Below are positions 28,163 through 37,126 of a stretch of DNA of 58,627 nt, in pieces. The notes beneath the pieces are model-generated. The model ran no database searches. It worked only from the letters and a program-made list of their open reading frames with translations, and was not told where the DNA came from. Origin of the DNA: Pseudomonadota bacterium (GTDB taxonomy: Bacteria; CALINM01); contig JAOAGA010000002.1 in the NCBI GenBank assembly GCA_026415985.1, forward strand, positions 261-58,887, given 5' to 3'. Each line of letters starts with the position of its first letter. The first letter of the stretch is position 1. The position numbers and the translations under genes are program-made.

Positions 28163-30512
28163 AAAGGCCTTTTATCTGATTTTTTTTGTTTCTTTTTCTG
28201 CCTTTACCTTTGAGCTGTTACTAACAAGAATATTTTCAGTTCTTATGTGGTATCATTTTGCTTCTCTCTCCATAGGTGTGGCAATGCTTGGACTGGGTGG
28301 AGGCGGTATTTTTTCTTATGTGATAAAAGATAAGTTAAAAGAACGAACTATCTATAATGTCCTTATCATTTACTTTTTATCCTTTATCCTGATACATAGC
28401 TTTTTTTTCTATTTTCAACATAGTCCGGAAAAGATAACCCCCTTTCTTGCCTTTTTTCATCAGCCCTATTTTCAGCCCTTTCAGAGAGGTGTGTTTTTTA
28501 GTTTTAATTTTTCAACACTTATTATATTAACAATTGCCTATATTGTTATTACAATCCCCTTTTTTTTAGCAGGTTTTGTAATTTCCTCACTTTTTAAGAT
28601 CCGCTCGAGAGAGATTAAAAGACTATACTTTTATGATCTTTTGGGTGCATCTTCAGGGGCACTTTTTGTTGCAGTTGTTCTTAACTATGTAAGTCCAATG
28701 GCTCTCTTTTCACTTATTGCCGTAATTGGTTTTGCTTTGTTGGCAAAAGAGATTAAGGTCTTATCTATTCCGTTTTTTATAATAGGCATTGTTTTTCTTT
28801 ATTTTAGCTTATTTCAGAAAAGTGATGAAATACCCATAGCAAGAGGTAAGGTAGCAAATGAGATAATCTGGGTTAAGTGGAATAATTTTTCAAGGGTGAT
28901 CCTCTATAATTTAAAAGAAGACGAGTGGTCAAGCCCCTTTGGGCAAAGTAAATATTACCATGGTTATGTTCCGAAACAGTGGGGACTTTTGGTTGATGAT
29001 ACTGGTTACACTGTAGCTTCAGAGTTTCCTGATAATAGAGATAAGTTGGAATTTTTCAGATGGAACATAATATCTTTACCATATCTTATTAATAATAACA
29101 GTGCTTTGATAATAGGTCCCGGAGGAGGAAAGGATATACTTTGTGCCATAGCTATGGGAGTTAAAAATGAAAATATCACTGCCGTTGAACTAAACCCCCT
29201 TATTGTGTCTGCGGTAAATGACGTTCTAAGCAAAGAGACAGGTAGGCTCTATGATAAGGTAAATACACATGTTTCTGAGGGGCGGAGTTTTTTAGAAAAA
29301 AGGGGTGGACAAACTAAGTTCGATGTTATACAGGCAACTTCAGTTTACGGAAGAATTCCACCTGCAGCGGGTATTTTTACCTTTGCTGAAGACAATCTCT
29401 ATACTAAAGAGGCCTTTAGAACCTATTTTTCTTCGTTAAGAGAAGGTGGGCTATTATCTTTATCGAGATTTATCTATGAACAAACTGTTCCTAAAATGAT
29501 TGCCCTTTCTATAACGGGGCTTAAAGATTGTGGGATAGAAGATTTTTCTAAGTCAATCTTTTTAGCTAAGGAAAGAGGTCTTGCAATGGTTCTTACTAAG
29601 AAAGGAATATTTACAAAAGATGAGATAGACATATTGATTAAATACTGTGATGAAAAAGGTTTTGATGTGTTATATTCACCATATTATGATTATGATAATC
29701 TTTACAGCAATTTAATTAAAAGCAGATATGAAGATATAAAAATACCCACCGATGATAGCCCCTTTTATTACTATAACTTATCTAAAAGGGATTTTTTGAA
29801 ATCCTTTTTTAGCCATAACGATAAATTTGAAGAGAGAGGTATGGAGATCTTAAAATTTTTTATTATCATAAGTCTTCTCTTTATATTTTTAATTCTTTTT
29901 TTCCCACTAATTCTTAGGAGAGATAAAAACTATGTCATAAATCGCAATAACTATCTTGTGGGATTATACTTTTTTTTAATTGGTGTTGGTTATATATTGA
30001 TAGAGATAATATTCATTAAGTCTTTCTCACTTTTTTTAGAGACTCCTATGTATTCCATGATCTTTGTTACCTCTGCTATGTTATTTTTTTCAGCACTTGG
30101 TTCTCTTTTTTCTATAAAAGTAAATGAAAGAAAATCTATGATAAAACTTTTTGTGGCATTGATATTGCTCTTATTTTTATTTGGATTTATGTTAGATTTC
30201 ATCAATAAGATTCTTTATCTCAATCTGTATGTGAAAATCGTTATAACATTAATATTCGTAGGTATTCCATCCTTTTTTATGGGGATGCCATTTCCTTATT
30301 TATTAAACTCTCTTGGCAAAAGAGATGAAGGACTAATCCCCTGGGCAATAGCGGTTAACAGCGGAGCCTCTGTTTTAGGAAGTTTTCTTTGTCTTATCAG
30401 TGTTGTAAACTTAGGTTTTAAAGGTTCCTTTTTTATAGGGGCGCTGTTATACATCTTTGTTTTTATAGTTTTTTTGTTAATAAAAGGTAGCGAAAATGAA
30501 AACTTTGTTTAG
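28143..30512 (+). CDS. Polytopic membrane protein with embedded spermidine-synthase/SAM-methyltransferase-like domain
   Basis: About 7 TM helices, then a soluble domain with LIIGPGGGKD (29115-29135), VELNP and GRSFLE, then about 7 more TM helices. Start set at the ATG at 28143 (MELKSGKK). Confidence 0.7.
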   Translation: MELKSGKKAFYLIFFVSFSAFTFELLLTRIFSVLMWYHFASLSIGVAMLGLGGGGIFSYVIKDKLKERTIYNVLIIYFLSFILIHSFFFYFQHSPEKITPFLAFFHQPYFQPFQRGVFFSFNFSTLIILTIAYIVITIPFFLAGFVISSLFKIRSREIKRLYFYDLLGASSGALFVAVVLNYVSPMALFSLIAVIGFALLAKEIKVLSIPFFIIGIVFLYFSLFQKSDEIPIARGKVANEIIWVKWNNFSRVILYNLKEDEWSSPFGQSKYYHGYVPKQWGLLVDDTGYTVASEFPDNRDKLEFFRWNIISLPYLINNNSALIIGPGGGKDILCAIAMGVKNENITAVELNPLIVSAVNDVLSKETGRLYDKVNTHVSEGRSFLEKRGGQTKFDVIQATSVYGRIPPAAGIFTFAEDNLYTKEAFRTYFSSLREGGLLSLSRFIYEQTVPKMIALSITGLKDCGIEDFSKSIFLAKERGLAMVLTKKGIFTKDEIDILIKYCDEKGFDVLYSPYYDYDNLYSNLIKSRYEDIKIPTDDSPFYYYNLSKRDFLKSFFSHNDKFEERGMEILKFFIIISLLFIFLILFFPLILRRDKNYVINRNNYLVGLYFFLIGVGYILIEIIFIKSFSLFLETPMYSMIFVTSAMLFFSALGSLFSIKVNERKSMIKLFVALILLLFLFGFMLDFINKILYLNLYVKIVITLIFVGIPSFFMGMPFPYLLNSLGKRDEGLIPWAIAVNSGASVLGSFLCLISVVNLGFKGSFFIGALLYIFVFIVFLLIKGSENENFV

Positions 30513-31542
30513 ATTAATGTTTTTATCATTACTGTTTCTTAGTGCCTGTGGTAAGGATGAGTTTTCGGTCAGAGGCAGGGTCTTATATAATGATAGGCCC
30601 CTGGAAGATGCTGAAGTATCGGTCTATCTCAAGTTAGAAAAGGACAAGGAAAGACCACCGGTAAAGGTTGTAGCTACTGATAAAAATGGTTTTTTTGAGG
30701 TGAGGCTTAAGAGAGGAAAATATTTTCTGACGGGGAGGAAAAGGTTAGAAGATCAGGGCGAGATAGATATGCTTGTCGGGAGTTACTCTGATACTCCCAT
30801 TGATGTAAAATCAGATCTGGTTTTAAAAGACTGGACCCTTCTTTCCAAAAAAAACAAGGAAGATTTCAAAAAAGGCACAGGAATTAAAGGTATTGTGAAA
30901 AATTTTAAAGATTTTAGAAAGGTAAGAGTCTATGCATATAAAGATACAAATAGCGGGCTTAAAGGTCCCGATTATATTTCCTTTAGTAAAATAGATAAAG
31001 ATGGACAGTTTCAGATGGATTTAAAAGAAGGTGATTTTTATATATCTGTCAGGGAGAGAAAAGGTAGTTTTGCAGGTCCACTGAAGGAAGGTGACAGGGC
31101 TTATGATTATCCAAATAATCCAATAAGACTAACCAAAGATAAATATTTAGATTTAGGTATCATGAATCTGAAAGAAGTTGATAGAAAAAAATTAGAGGAA
31201 CTTAGAAAGACAGGATATTTAAGGGAAGGGGCAATAACAATAAAAGGGGTTGTAGTCGATGAAAATAAAAAACCAGTCAAAAATGTTTATGTGATGATTT
31301 ACAAAGATAGTGAGATGATTGGCAGACCTTTTACAATATCGCTACCTTCCAAAGAAGACGGGACATTTACCATCACTTTGCCTGAGGAAGGTAAATATTA
31401 TGTAGGAGCAAGAACAAAGATCGGCGGGCCTGCGGAACCGGGTGAAAAAATTGGTTACATAAAAGGTTCATCCGATAAGTCAATAAGTGTCAAAAAGGGT
31501 GAGATAAAAAATATAATTATAGAGGTAAAGGAGATATGGTAA
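30496..31542 (+). CDS. Lipoprotein with three carboxypeptidase-regulatory-like beta-sandwich modules (paralogue 2)
   Basis: Lipobox LFLSAC. Modules with TDKNGFFEVRLKRGKYFL, IDKDGQFQMDLKEGDFYI and KEDGTFTITLPEEGKYYV. Loops GPLKEGD and GGPAEPGE. Confidence 0.6.
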   Translation: MKTLFRLMFLSLLFLSACGKDEFSVRGRVLYNDRPLEDAEVSVYLKLEKDKERPPVKVVATDKNGFFEVRLKRGKYFLTGRKRLEDQGEIDMLVGSYSDTPIDVKSDLVLKDWTLLSKKNKEDFKKGTGIKGIVKNFKDFRKVRVYAYKDTNSGLKGPDYISFSKIDKDGQFQMDLKEGDFYISVRERKGSFAGPLKEGDRAYDYPNNPIRLTKDKYLDLGIMNLKEVDRKKLEELRKTGYLREGAITIKGVVVDENKKPVKNVYVMIYKDSEMIGRPFTISLPSKEDGTFTITLPEEGKYYVGARTKIGGPAEPGEKIGYIKGSSDKSISVKKGEIKNIIIEVKEIW

Positions 31543-32573
31543 AAGCTCTGATTTTTCTTTTAAATTTTGTTTTCTTATCCACAATAATTCAGGCAGAAGA
31601 GTTTGGTACAGTTAAAGGCAGAACCGCCTATAAAGGTGAGGTAATAGAGAATGTTTCAATTCTTGTTTATAGAGATAGTGAAAATATCGACTTGAAAAAG
31701 CCGGATAGTGTCTCAGCTAAAACTGCCATTGACGGAACTTATGAGTTTAATTTAAAACCCGGAAAATACTATCTTATTGCCTTAAAAAAACAAGGAAACA
31801 ACAGTAACTTCATCCCGGAAACGGGCGATTATTATTGTTTTTATAGTGGAGCCCCCGTTGAGGTTGTTTCCGGAGGTATAAGTTATGTTGGTTTCAATCT
31901 TATAAAGGTTGGTAAGGAAGGACCAATAAAAAGGGTAAAGGGAGATGGCGGAATATATGGAGAGGTTTTTTTTGAAGGTAAAAGATTAGAAAAATCCTAT
32001 ATCTATGTATATAAGGATTTAAAAACAGGGCTTAGGGGGCCTGCGTATTTTGTCTATCCCTCAAAGGACGGCAGTTTTTCGATAAATCTGCCGGATGGTA
32101 AATACTATATTATCGCAAGAAAAAGAGCAAAAGGCGGGATGTATGGACCTGTGGAAGAAGGGGATTATTTTAATTTTTATTATGGAAATCCTGTAGAGAT
32201 AAAAAAGGGGCAGATGAAGAGTGTAAATATTGAGTGTGTTAAAAGGTTAAGTCAGCTTGAGGAGGGAGTGGGGTTTTCTGAGATTAGTGGCTATGTTAAA
32301 GATAAGAATGGTAACCCTGTAGCAGGTCTTTTTGTTTTATTTTATCAGAGTAAAAACATGCAGGGGAAACCTCTTTATATCTCAGCAAGAACTGACAGTA
32401 AAGGCAGATACTCTATGAAAGTTCCCAAAGGAACCTATTATTTATTGGCGAGAGAAAATATTGGCGGACCTCCCTCTTCAGGTGAGTGGTATGGTCAGTA
32501 TAAAGAAGCCATAACTGTAAAAGACAGTGAAAAGCTTGATTTAATCAACGTAATCATAGAGAGGGTAAAATAG
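31536..32573 (+). CDS. Exported protein with three carboxypeptidase-regulatory-like beta-sandwich modules (paralogue 3)
   Basis: Signal MVKALIFLLNFVFLSTIIQA. Modules with IDGTYEFNLKPGKYYL, KDGSFSINLPDGKYYI and TDSKGRYSMKVPKGTYYL. Loops GPVEEGD and GGPPSSGE. Confidence 0.6.
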   Translation: MVKALIFLLNFVFLSTIIQAEEFGTVKGRTAYKGEVIENVSILVYRDSENIDLKKPDSVSAKTAIDGTYEFNLKPGKYYLIALKKQGNNSNFIPETGDYYCFYSGAPVEVVSGGISYVGFNLIKVGKEGPIKRVKGDGGIYGEVFFEGKRLEKSYIYVYKDLKTGLRGPAYFVYPSKDGSFSINLPDGKYYIIARKRAKGGMYGPVEEGDYFNFYYGNPVEIKKGQMKSVNIECVKRLSQLEEGVGFSEISGYVKDKNGNPVAGLFVLFYQSKNMQGKPLYISARTDSKGRYSMKVPKGTYYLLARENIGGPPSSGEWYGQYKEAITVKDSEKLDLINVIIERVK

Positions 32574-32574
32574 A

Positions 32575-33861
32575 ATGAAAAAGATAGTTTTAATAATGGC
32601 TATTTTTCTATTATCTTTGGAAAACTCCTTTTCACAGCCTGTTTTGGAAGGAAAGGTAAAGATAGAGGGCAGGAAGGAGTTTGCTGAAGGGGCGTTAATA
32701 AAGTCCGGAACAGAGATAATTATTGAAAAGGATAGTGAGTTAGTATTTAAGGGAAAAGTTGAGTCACAAAATATAAAAAAGTCAGAAATAAAGATATTGG
32801 GGAAGGAAAACAGCAAAATATCTTTCGAGCAGGCGGGTGTAAACATTAATTATCTTTCAGTGGAAAATCTTGGCATTCTTGAATTTATAGAAAGTAATGT
32901 AAATTTAAAAAATGTAAAAATAGAAAGGGCTAAGGTTGGTTTGAAAGTTACAAAAAACACCACAGGCTTTATTGAGAATTTAAATATAAGGGATTCGGAG
33001 ATAGGGTTTGTAACAGAGCTAAAGGCAAAGGTTGTTGTTTTAAACAGTACCTTTAACAATAACCAAACAGCCTTTATAGCAGATCAGGCGGGAGTTGCCG
33101 AGATAAAGAACTCCAACTTTTTCAAAAATAATCTGGCCATAGGTGTAAATTTAGATGGGGGAATAAGGATTTTTAACTCAAATATCTATGAAAATGAGGC
33201 GGGAATTACCTTTGTAAAACATATCGGCAGTATTATAAACGAGAATACCTTTAAAAATAATAAAATGGCCATTTATGCTGAGTATATGACAAACATAAAT
33301 ATTGAAAAGAATCAGTTTTTAAAGAATGATACCGCTGTTAAGTTTTATCAGCTTGTTAACGGTAAAATAAGAGGAAATAATTTCAGCAAAAACAGGGAAG
33401 CACTGTGGATAGAGAAAAAATCAAATCCGGATATCCGGTATAATACCTTTACTGAAAACAAGGTGGGGATTTTCTGTGATTTCTCTTCCTATCCGACTAT
33501 AACTTTAAATAATTTTCTTAATAATGATCTTCATATTAAATTGGGTATATATCAATCAGCTGACTTTGAAAACACTACAAGCTCATTTCTGACACAGATG
33601 CAGGAGATGTTGACTCAACAAAGCAAGAGATTATCCCCAAAGGATCAGAAAAGAAAAAGGTATGTGGGAGAGATTTTTGCAAAAAAGAACTACTGGGATG
33701 AGAAAACAAGAAAAGAGATTGATACTAAAGAAAATGTCTCAACCATCTATGATGGATATGATATGGGTGAGGTTTCTTATGAAGGTTTTGGCGATACAAA
33801 ATATAAGGTTGACACAGTTGCCCTTAAACCCTATCTCACTGAGTTAGTCAAAGATAAATGA
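32575..33861 (+). CDS. Exported right-handed parallel beta-helix repeat protein (paralogue 2, longest helix)
   Basis: Signal MKKIVLIMAIFLLSLENSFS. About 10 repeats of roughly 22 aa of the N-x-F-x-x-N-x-x-(G/A)-I type (NSTFNNNQTAF, NSNFFKNNLAIG, NSNIYENEAGIT, ENTFKNNKMAIY, KNQFLKNDTAV, GNNFSKNREAL, YNTFTENKVGI, LNNFLNNDLHI). Confidence 0.6.
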   Translation: MKKIVLIMAIFLLSLENSFSQPVLEGKVKIEGRKEFAEGALIKSGTEIIIEKDSELVFKGKVESQNIKKSEIKILGKENSKISFEQAGVNINYLSVENLGILEFIESNVNLKNVKIERAKVGLKVTKNTTGFIENLNIRDSEIGFVTELKAKVVVLNSTFNNNQTAFIADQAGVAEIKNSNFFKNNLAIGVNLDGGIRIFNSNIYENEAGITFVKHIGSIINENTFKNNKMAIYAEYMTNINIEKNQFLKNDTAVKFYQLVNGKIRGNNFSKNREALWIEKKSNPDIRYNTFTENKVGIFCDFSSYPTITLNNFLNNDLHIKLGIYQSADFENTTSSFLTQMQEMLTQQSKRLSPKDQKRKRYVGEIFAKKNYWDEKTRKEIDTKENVSTIYDGYDMGEVSYEGFGDTKYKVDTVALKPYLTELVKDK

Positions 33862-34874
33862 AAAAACTGTTATTTTTTCTTTTCTTCTTTTTAATTTCAG
33901 AATCTTACGGAAAAGAAGGTAAAAATCTGTCTGGCAGGGTTTTGTTAGATAACTCTCCGGTTGGTAAGGGAGAGGTTATAGCACGGGAAATTGATAAAAA
34001 TGAAATATTTAAAACAGAGACCGATGAGAATGGTTATTATAATATTACACTCAAAGAAGGTGTTTACTCTGTTGAAGCCCAAAAAAGGATAGGTAACATT
34101 TTATATATCGGTTTTTCCGGCAAGAACCCTATCTTGTTAAAGGAAGATACCTATGCGGGAATAAAACTCCTTCCCCCATCTAAAATGACAAGAAAAAAAC
34201 TCAGCGATAGCAAAACAGAAATTGTATTAAAGATTTTATACAACGGAAAGCCTGTTTCTTCAGCGAGAGCCTATCTTTACTTAAAGGAAAAGGATATGAA
34301 AGGGATGCCCTTCTTTTATTCTGAACCTACAGATAAAAGCGGTATTATAAAAATCAGAAATATAATTGAAGGCAGTTATTATATCGTAGTTAGAAAGAAA
34401 AAAGACCATAAACCGTTAGGACCTATTTCAGAAGGTGATTTAATTGGGTTTTTTAGCCAAAATCCTTTAAATATAAAGGATGGCTACAGATATACCATTG
34501 AGATAAATATGTTTCAAAAGATACAGGATGAGATTACAAGCCCATTAGATATCCAAAATGTTAAAAAGATTACCGGGATAGCTCTCAGTGAAAGCGGTGA
34601 ACCTGTTTCAGGAGTCTATGCCTTTTTATATACAAAAAAAGAGATGGGCCATGAAAGACCTATATCTATATCCCGCAAAACTGGAGATGATGGAAAATTT
34701 GAATTATTAGCACCCTTTACAGGCAAGTTTTATTTAGGCGTAAGACAGTTTTACGGTGGAACACCGGTTCAGGGAGAGCTATACGGGTTGTATGATAAAA
34801 CTCATGATCATCATATTAATGTCTTTGATAATATAACAGGGATTATTATAAGGGTTAAAAAGATATTGAGATGA
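33858..34874 (+). CDS. Exported protein with three carboxypeptidase-regulatory-like beta-sandwich modules (paralogue 4)
   Basis: Signal MKKLLFFLFFFLISESYG. Modules with TDENGYYNITLKEGVYSV, TDKSGIIKIRNIIEGSYYI and GDDGKFELLAPFTGKFYL. Loops GPISEGD and GGTPVQGE. Confidence 0.6.
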   Translation: MKKLLFFLFFFLISESYGKEGKNLSGRVLLDNSPVGKGEVIAREIDKNEIFKTETDENGYYNITLKEGVYSVEAQKRIGNILYIGFSGKNPILLKEDTYAGIKLLPPSKMTRKKLSDSKTEIVLKILYNGKPVSSARAYLYLKEKDMKGMPFFYSEPTDKSGIIKIRNIIEGSYYIVVRKKKDHKPLGPISEGDLIGFFSQNPLNIKDGYRYTIEINMFQKIQDEITSPLDIQNVKKITGIALSESGEPVSGVYAFLYTKKEMGHERPISISRKTGDDGKFELLAPFTGKFYLGVRQFYGGTPVQGELYGLYDKTHDHHINVFDNITGIIIRVKKILR

Positions 34875-35704
34875 AGAAGATTTTATTTTTCCTTTTGTTT
34901 ATACCGTCTATTCTTTATTCAGGTGATATTAAGATATATGAGATTAATGGCGTAGAAATCTGGTCCGGTGAGAGGGTTATAGATGGGATTGTTGTAGTGA
35001 AAGAAGGCGCAAAACTTATAATAAAAGGGGGCACGAAGGTTTACTTTAAACCTTTTGATACAGATGGAGATGAGATAGGAGATGGCGAGCTTTATGTTGA
35101 GGGAGAAATATATGTATATGGCGAAAAAGATCAGCCCGTAATATTCACCGCTCTTGCTGACAGGGTAGAACCTAAGATGTGGAAATATGTTATGGTTAAT
35201 CATTCAAGGTATGCTCACATAGAGTATGCTATATTTGAAGGCGCTTTTTCAGGCCTTCAGGTACATTTTTCAAAGGCAAAAGTGAGAAATAGTATATTTC
35301 GAAATAATATTGATGGCTTTAGGTTTTCGACCGCTAATATTGATGTTTGCAATTGCGAGATGCGGGAAAATAAGTATGGCATTCGGTATGAAGAGAGAGA
35401 CTCAACAGGTATAATTCGCTATTGTAACATAACCGGTAACGAGGTTGGCATATTTCCTGTTACTAAAGCAGAAGGTAAAGTGATTTTTAGTTATAACAAT
35501 GTAGTTCAAAACGAGTATAATATAAGGATGGGCGAAGATCAGAAAAAAGATTTAGACTTTTCTAACAATTATTATGGTTTTACCAATGAGAGAGGTATAA
35601 GAAAAACCTTTTATGACAGAGGACGTGATAAAAATTTGTCCACCGTTAAAATAAGGTCTTTTTTAAAGAAAAAAGTTACTTTAGGAGAAGATAAATGTCA
35701 GTAA
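34871..35704 (+). CDS. Exported right-handed beta-helix protein (paralogue 3, short)
   Basis: Signal MKKILFFLLFIPSILYSG. The N-terminal segment GAKLIIKGGTKVYFKPFDTDGDEIGDGELYVEGEIYVYGEKDQPVIFTA is clearly homologous to the start of the 26375 product. Repeats NSIFRNN, NCEMREN, ITGNEVG, YNNVVQN. Confidence 0.6.
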   Translation: MKKILFFLLFIPSILYSGDIKIYEINGVEIWSGERVIDGIVVVKEGAKLIIKGGTKVYFKPFDTDGDEIGDGELYVEGEIYVYGEKDQPVIFTALADRVEPKMWKYVMVNHSRYAHIEYAIFEGAFSGLQVHFSKAKVRNSIFRNNIDGFRFSTANIDVCNCEMRENKYGIRYEERDSTGIIRYCNITGNEVGIFPVTKAEGKVIFSYNNVVQNEYNIRMGEDQKKDLDFSNNYYGFTNERGIRKTFYDRGRDKNLSTVKIRSFLKKKVTLGEDKCQ

Positions 35705-36234
35705 AAAAAATTTTTTTTACAGTTTTATTTGTGGTTCTTTTAATCAGAATTTCAGATGCCTGCGTTGGCAAGACAATTTATGTCGGCCATCTTTCCGGAA
35801 AGGGCGATGAGATTGTAGGAAATATATTGGCTCGGCTTATTACTGAAAGGACCGGTACCTCGGTAAAGTTAAAAAAATACAATGATACCAGCTCACTATT
35901 AAAGGCAGGCACAGGTGGAGAAGTTGATATTTTTGTGGTAGATGATAGGTTTATAGCTGAAACAACGGGACTTAAAAACCGAGACGAAGCAAAAAATATT
36001 TACAACGTTAACCATAATCTGATCTGGCTTAAGGCAATAAATGAAAAAGAAGACTTTTTAGCACCCGTTATAAGAAAAGATACGTTGAAAAAATTTCCCG
36101 CACTGCCAAGATTGCTGGAGAAATTAACAGGTCTTATAAATAATACACAGATAGAGGAGTTAAAGACTGAGGTAGAGAAGAAAGGTATGAAAGATACCAT
36201 AAAGGATTTTTTAAAGAAAAAGAGTTTAATTTAA
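35695..36234 (+). CDS. Exported, truncated OpuAC-like (glycine-betaine-type) substrate-binding domain protein
   Basis: Signal ending ISDA|C. GKTIYVGHL..GDEIVGNILARLITERTGTSVKL...LLKAGTGGEVDIF resembles the N-lobe of OpuAC/ProX binding proteins. Only 179 aa, and no ABC permease or ATPase nearby. Confidence 0.35.
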   Translation: MSVKKIFFTVLFVVLLIRISDACVGKTIYVGHLSGKGDEIVGNILARLITERTGTSVKLKKYNDTSSLLKAGTGGEVDIFVVDDRFIAETTGLKNRDEAKNIYNVNHNLIWLKAINEKEDFLAPVIRKDTLKKFPALPRLLEKLTGLINNTQIEELKTEVEKKGMKDTIKDFLKKKSLI

Positions 36235-36246
36235 AAGAGTAAAAAA

Positions 36247-37125
36247 ATGAACAGAAGAAACTTTTTAAAATATCTTGCCTTTTTAGGAGCCAATTTTGCC
36301 TTTACAAAGGATATTCTTGCCCAAAGTAAAAAAGAACTTGCTATTTCTGAGGGTAAGGATTATGAAAAAATAACCAAAAATGCCATTGATGCACTCGGTG
36401 GTATCTCGAAGTTTGTAAAAAAAGGAGATGTTGTTGTTATCAAACCCAACATAGGCTGGGACAGAAAACCTGAAGAAGGTGCAAACACCCATCCTCTTGT
36501 TGTTAAAGCTGTTACTGAAGAATGTTTAAAGGCAGGTGCCAGAAAGGTAAAGATTTTTGACAGAACCTGCAATGATCCGAGAAGATGTTACGTAAACAGC
36601 GGTATGGCTAATCTTTTACAAAACATAAAAGGTGTTGAACTTAAACACCTGGACAATGAAAAGTATAAGAATTATAAAATTAACGGTGTCTTTATTAAAG
36701 AATGGGAGCTTTATGAAGAGGCTATCAACTGTGATGTATATATAAATATCCCGGTGGCAAAACATCACGGATTGACAGGCTTGACTTTGGCGTTAAAAAA
36801 CATTATGGGAATTATGGGTGGTAACAGAGGATACATTCACAGAGAAATTGAAGAATCTCTTTGTGATTTTAATAGTTTTGTTAAAATTCATCTTCACATA
36901 GTAGATGCTACAAGAATATTATTAAGAAACGGTCCTCAGGGTGGGGGAGTTAAAGATGTTAAAATTTTAAACACGGTATTGGCATCTACGGATCCTGTTC
37001 TTGCAGATGCCTATGCGACAACACTATTCGGTATAAAGCCAGAGGAAATATCTATCACCAAAAGAGCCTATGAAAGAGGTTTGGGTGAGATAAATATCAA
37101 CAGGGCAAAAATAATAAAAGTTTAA
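36247..37125 (+). CDS. Tat-exported DUF362-family protein
   Basis: Twin-arginine signal MNRRNFLKYLAFLGANFAFT. The body (VVIKPNIGW, HPLVVKAV, KHHGLTGLTLALKNIMG) is typical of DUF362. Confidence 0.65.
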   Translation: MNRRNFLKYLAFLGANFAFTKDILAQSKKELAISEGKDYEKITKNAIDALGGISKFVKKGDVVVIKPNIGWDRKPEEGANTHPLVVKAVTEECLKAGARKVKIFDRTCNDPRRCYVNSGMANLLQNIKGVELKHLDNEKYKNYKINGVFIKEWELYEEAINCDVYINIPVAKHHGLTGLTLALKNIMGIMGGNRGYIHREIEESLCDFNSFVKIHLHIVDATRILLRNGPQGGGVKDVKILNTVLASTDPVLADAYATTLFGIKPEEISITKRAYERGLGEININRAKIIKV

Positions 37126-37126
37126 G

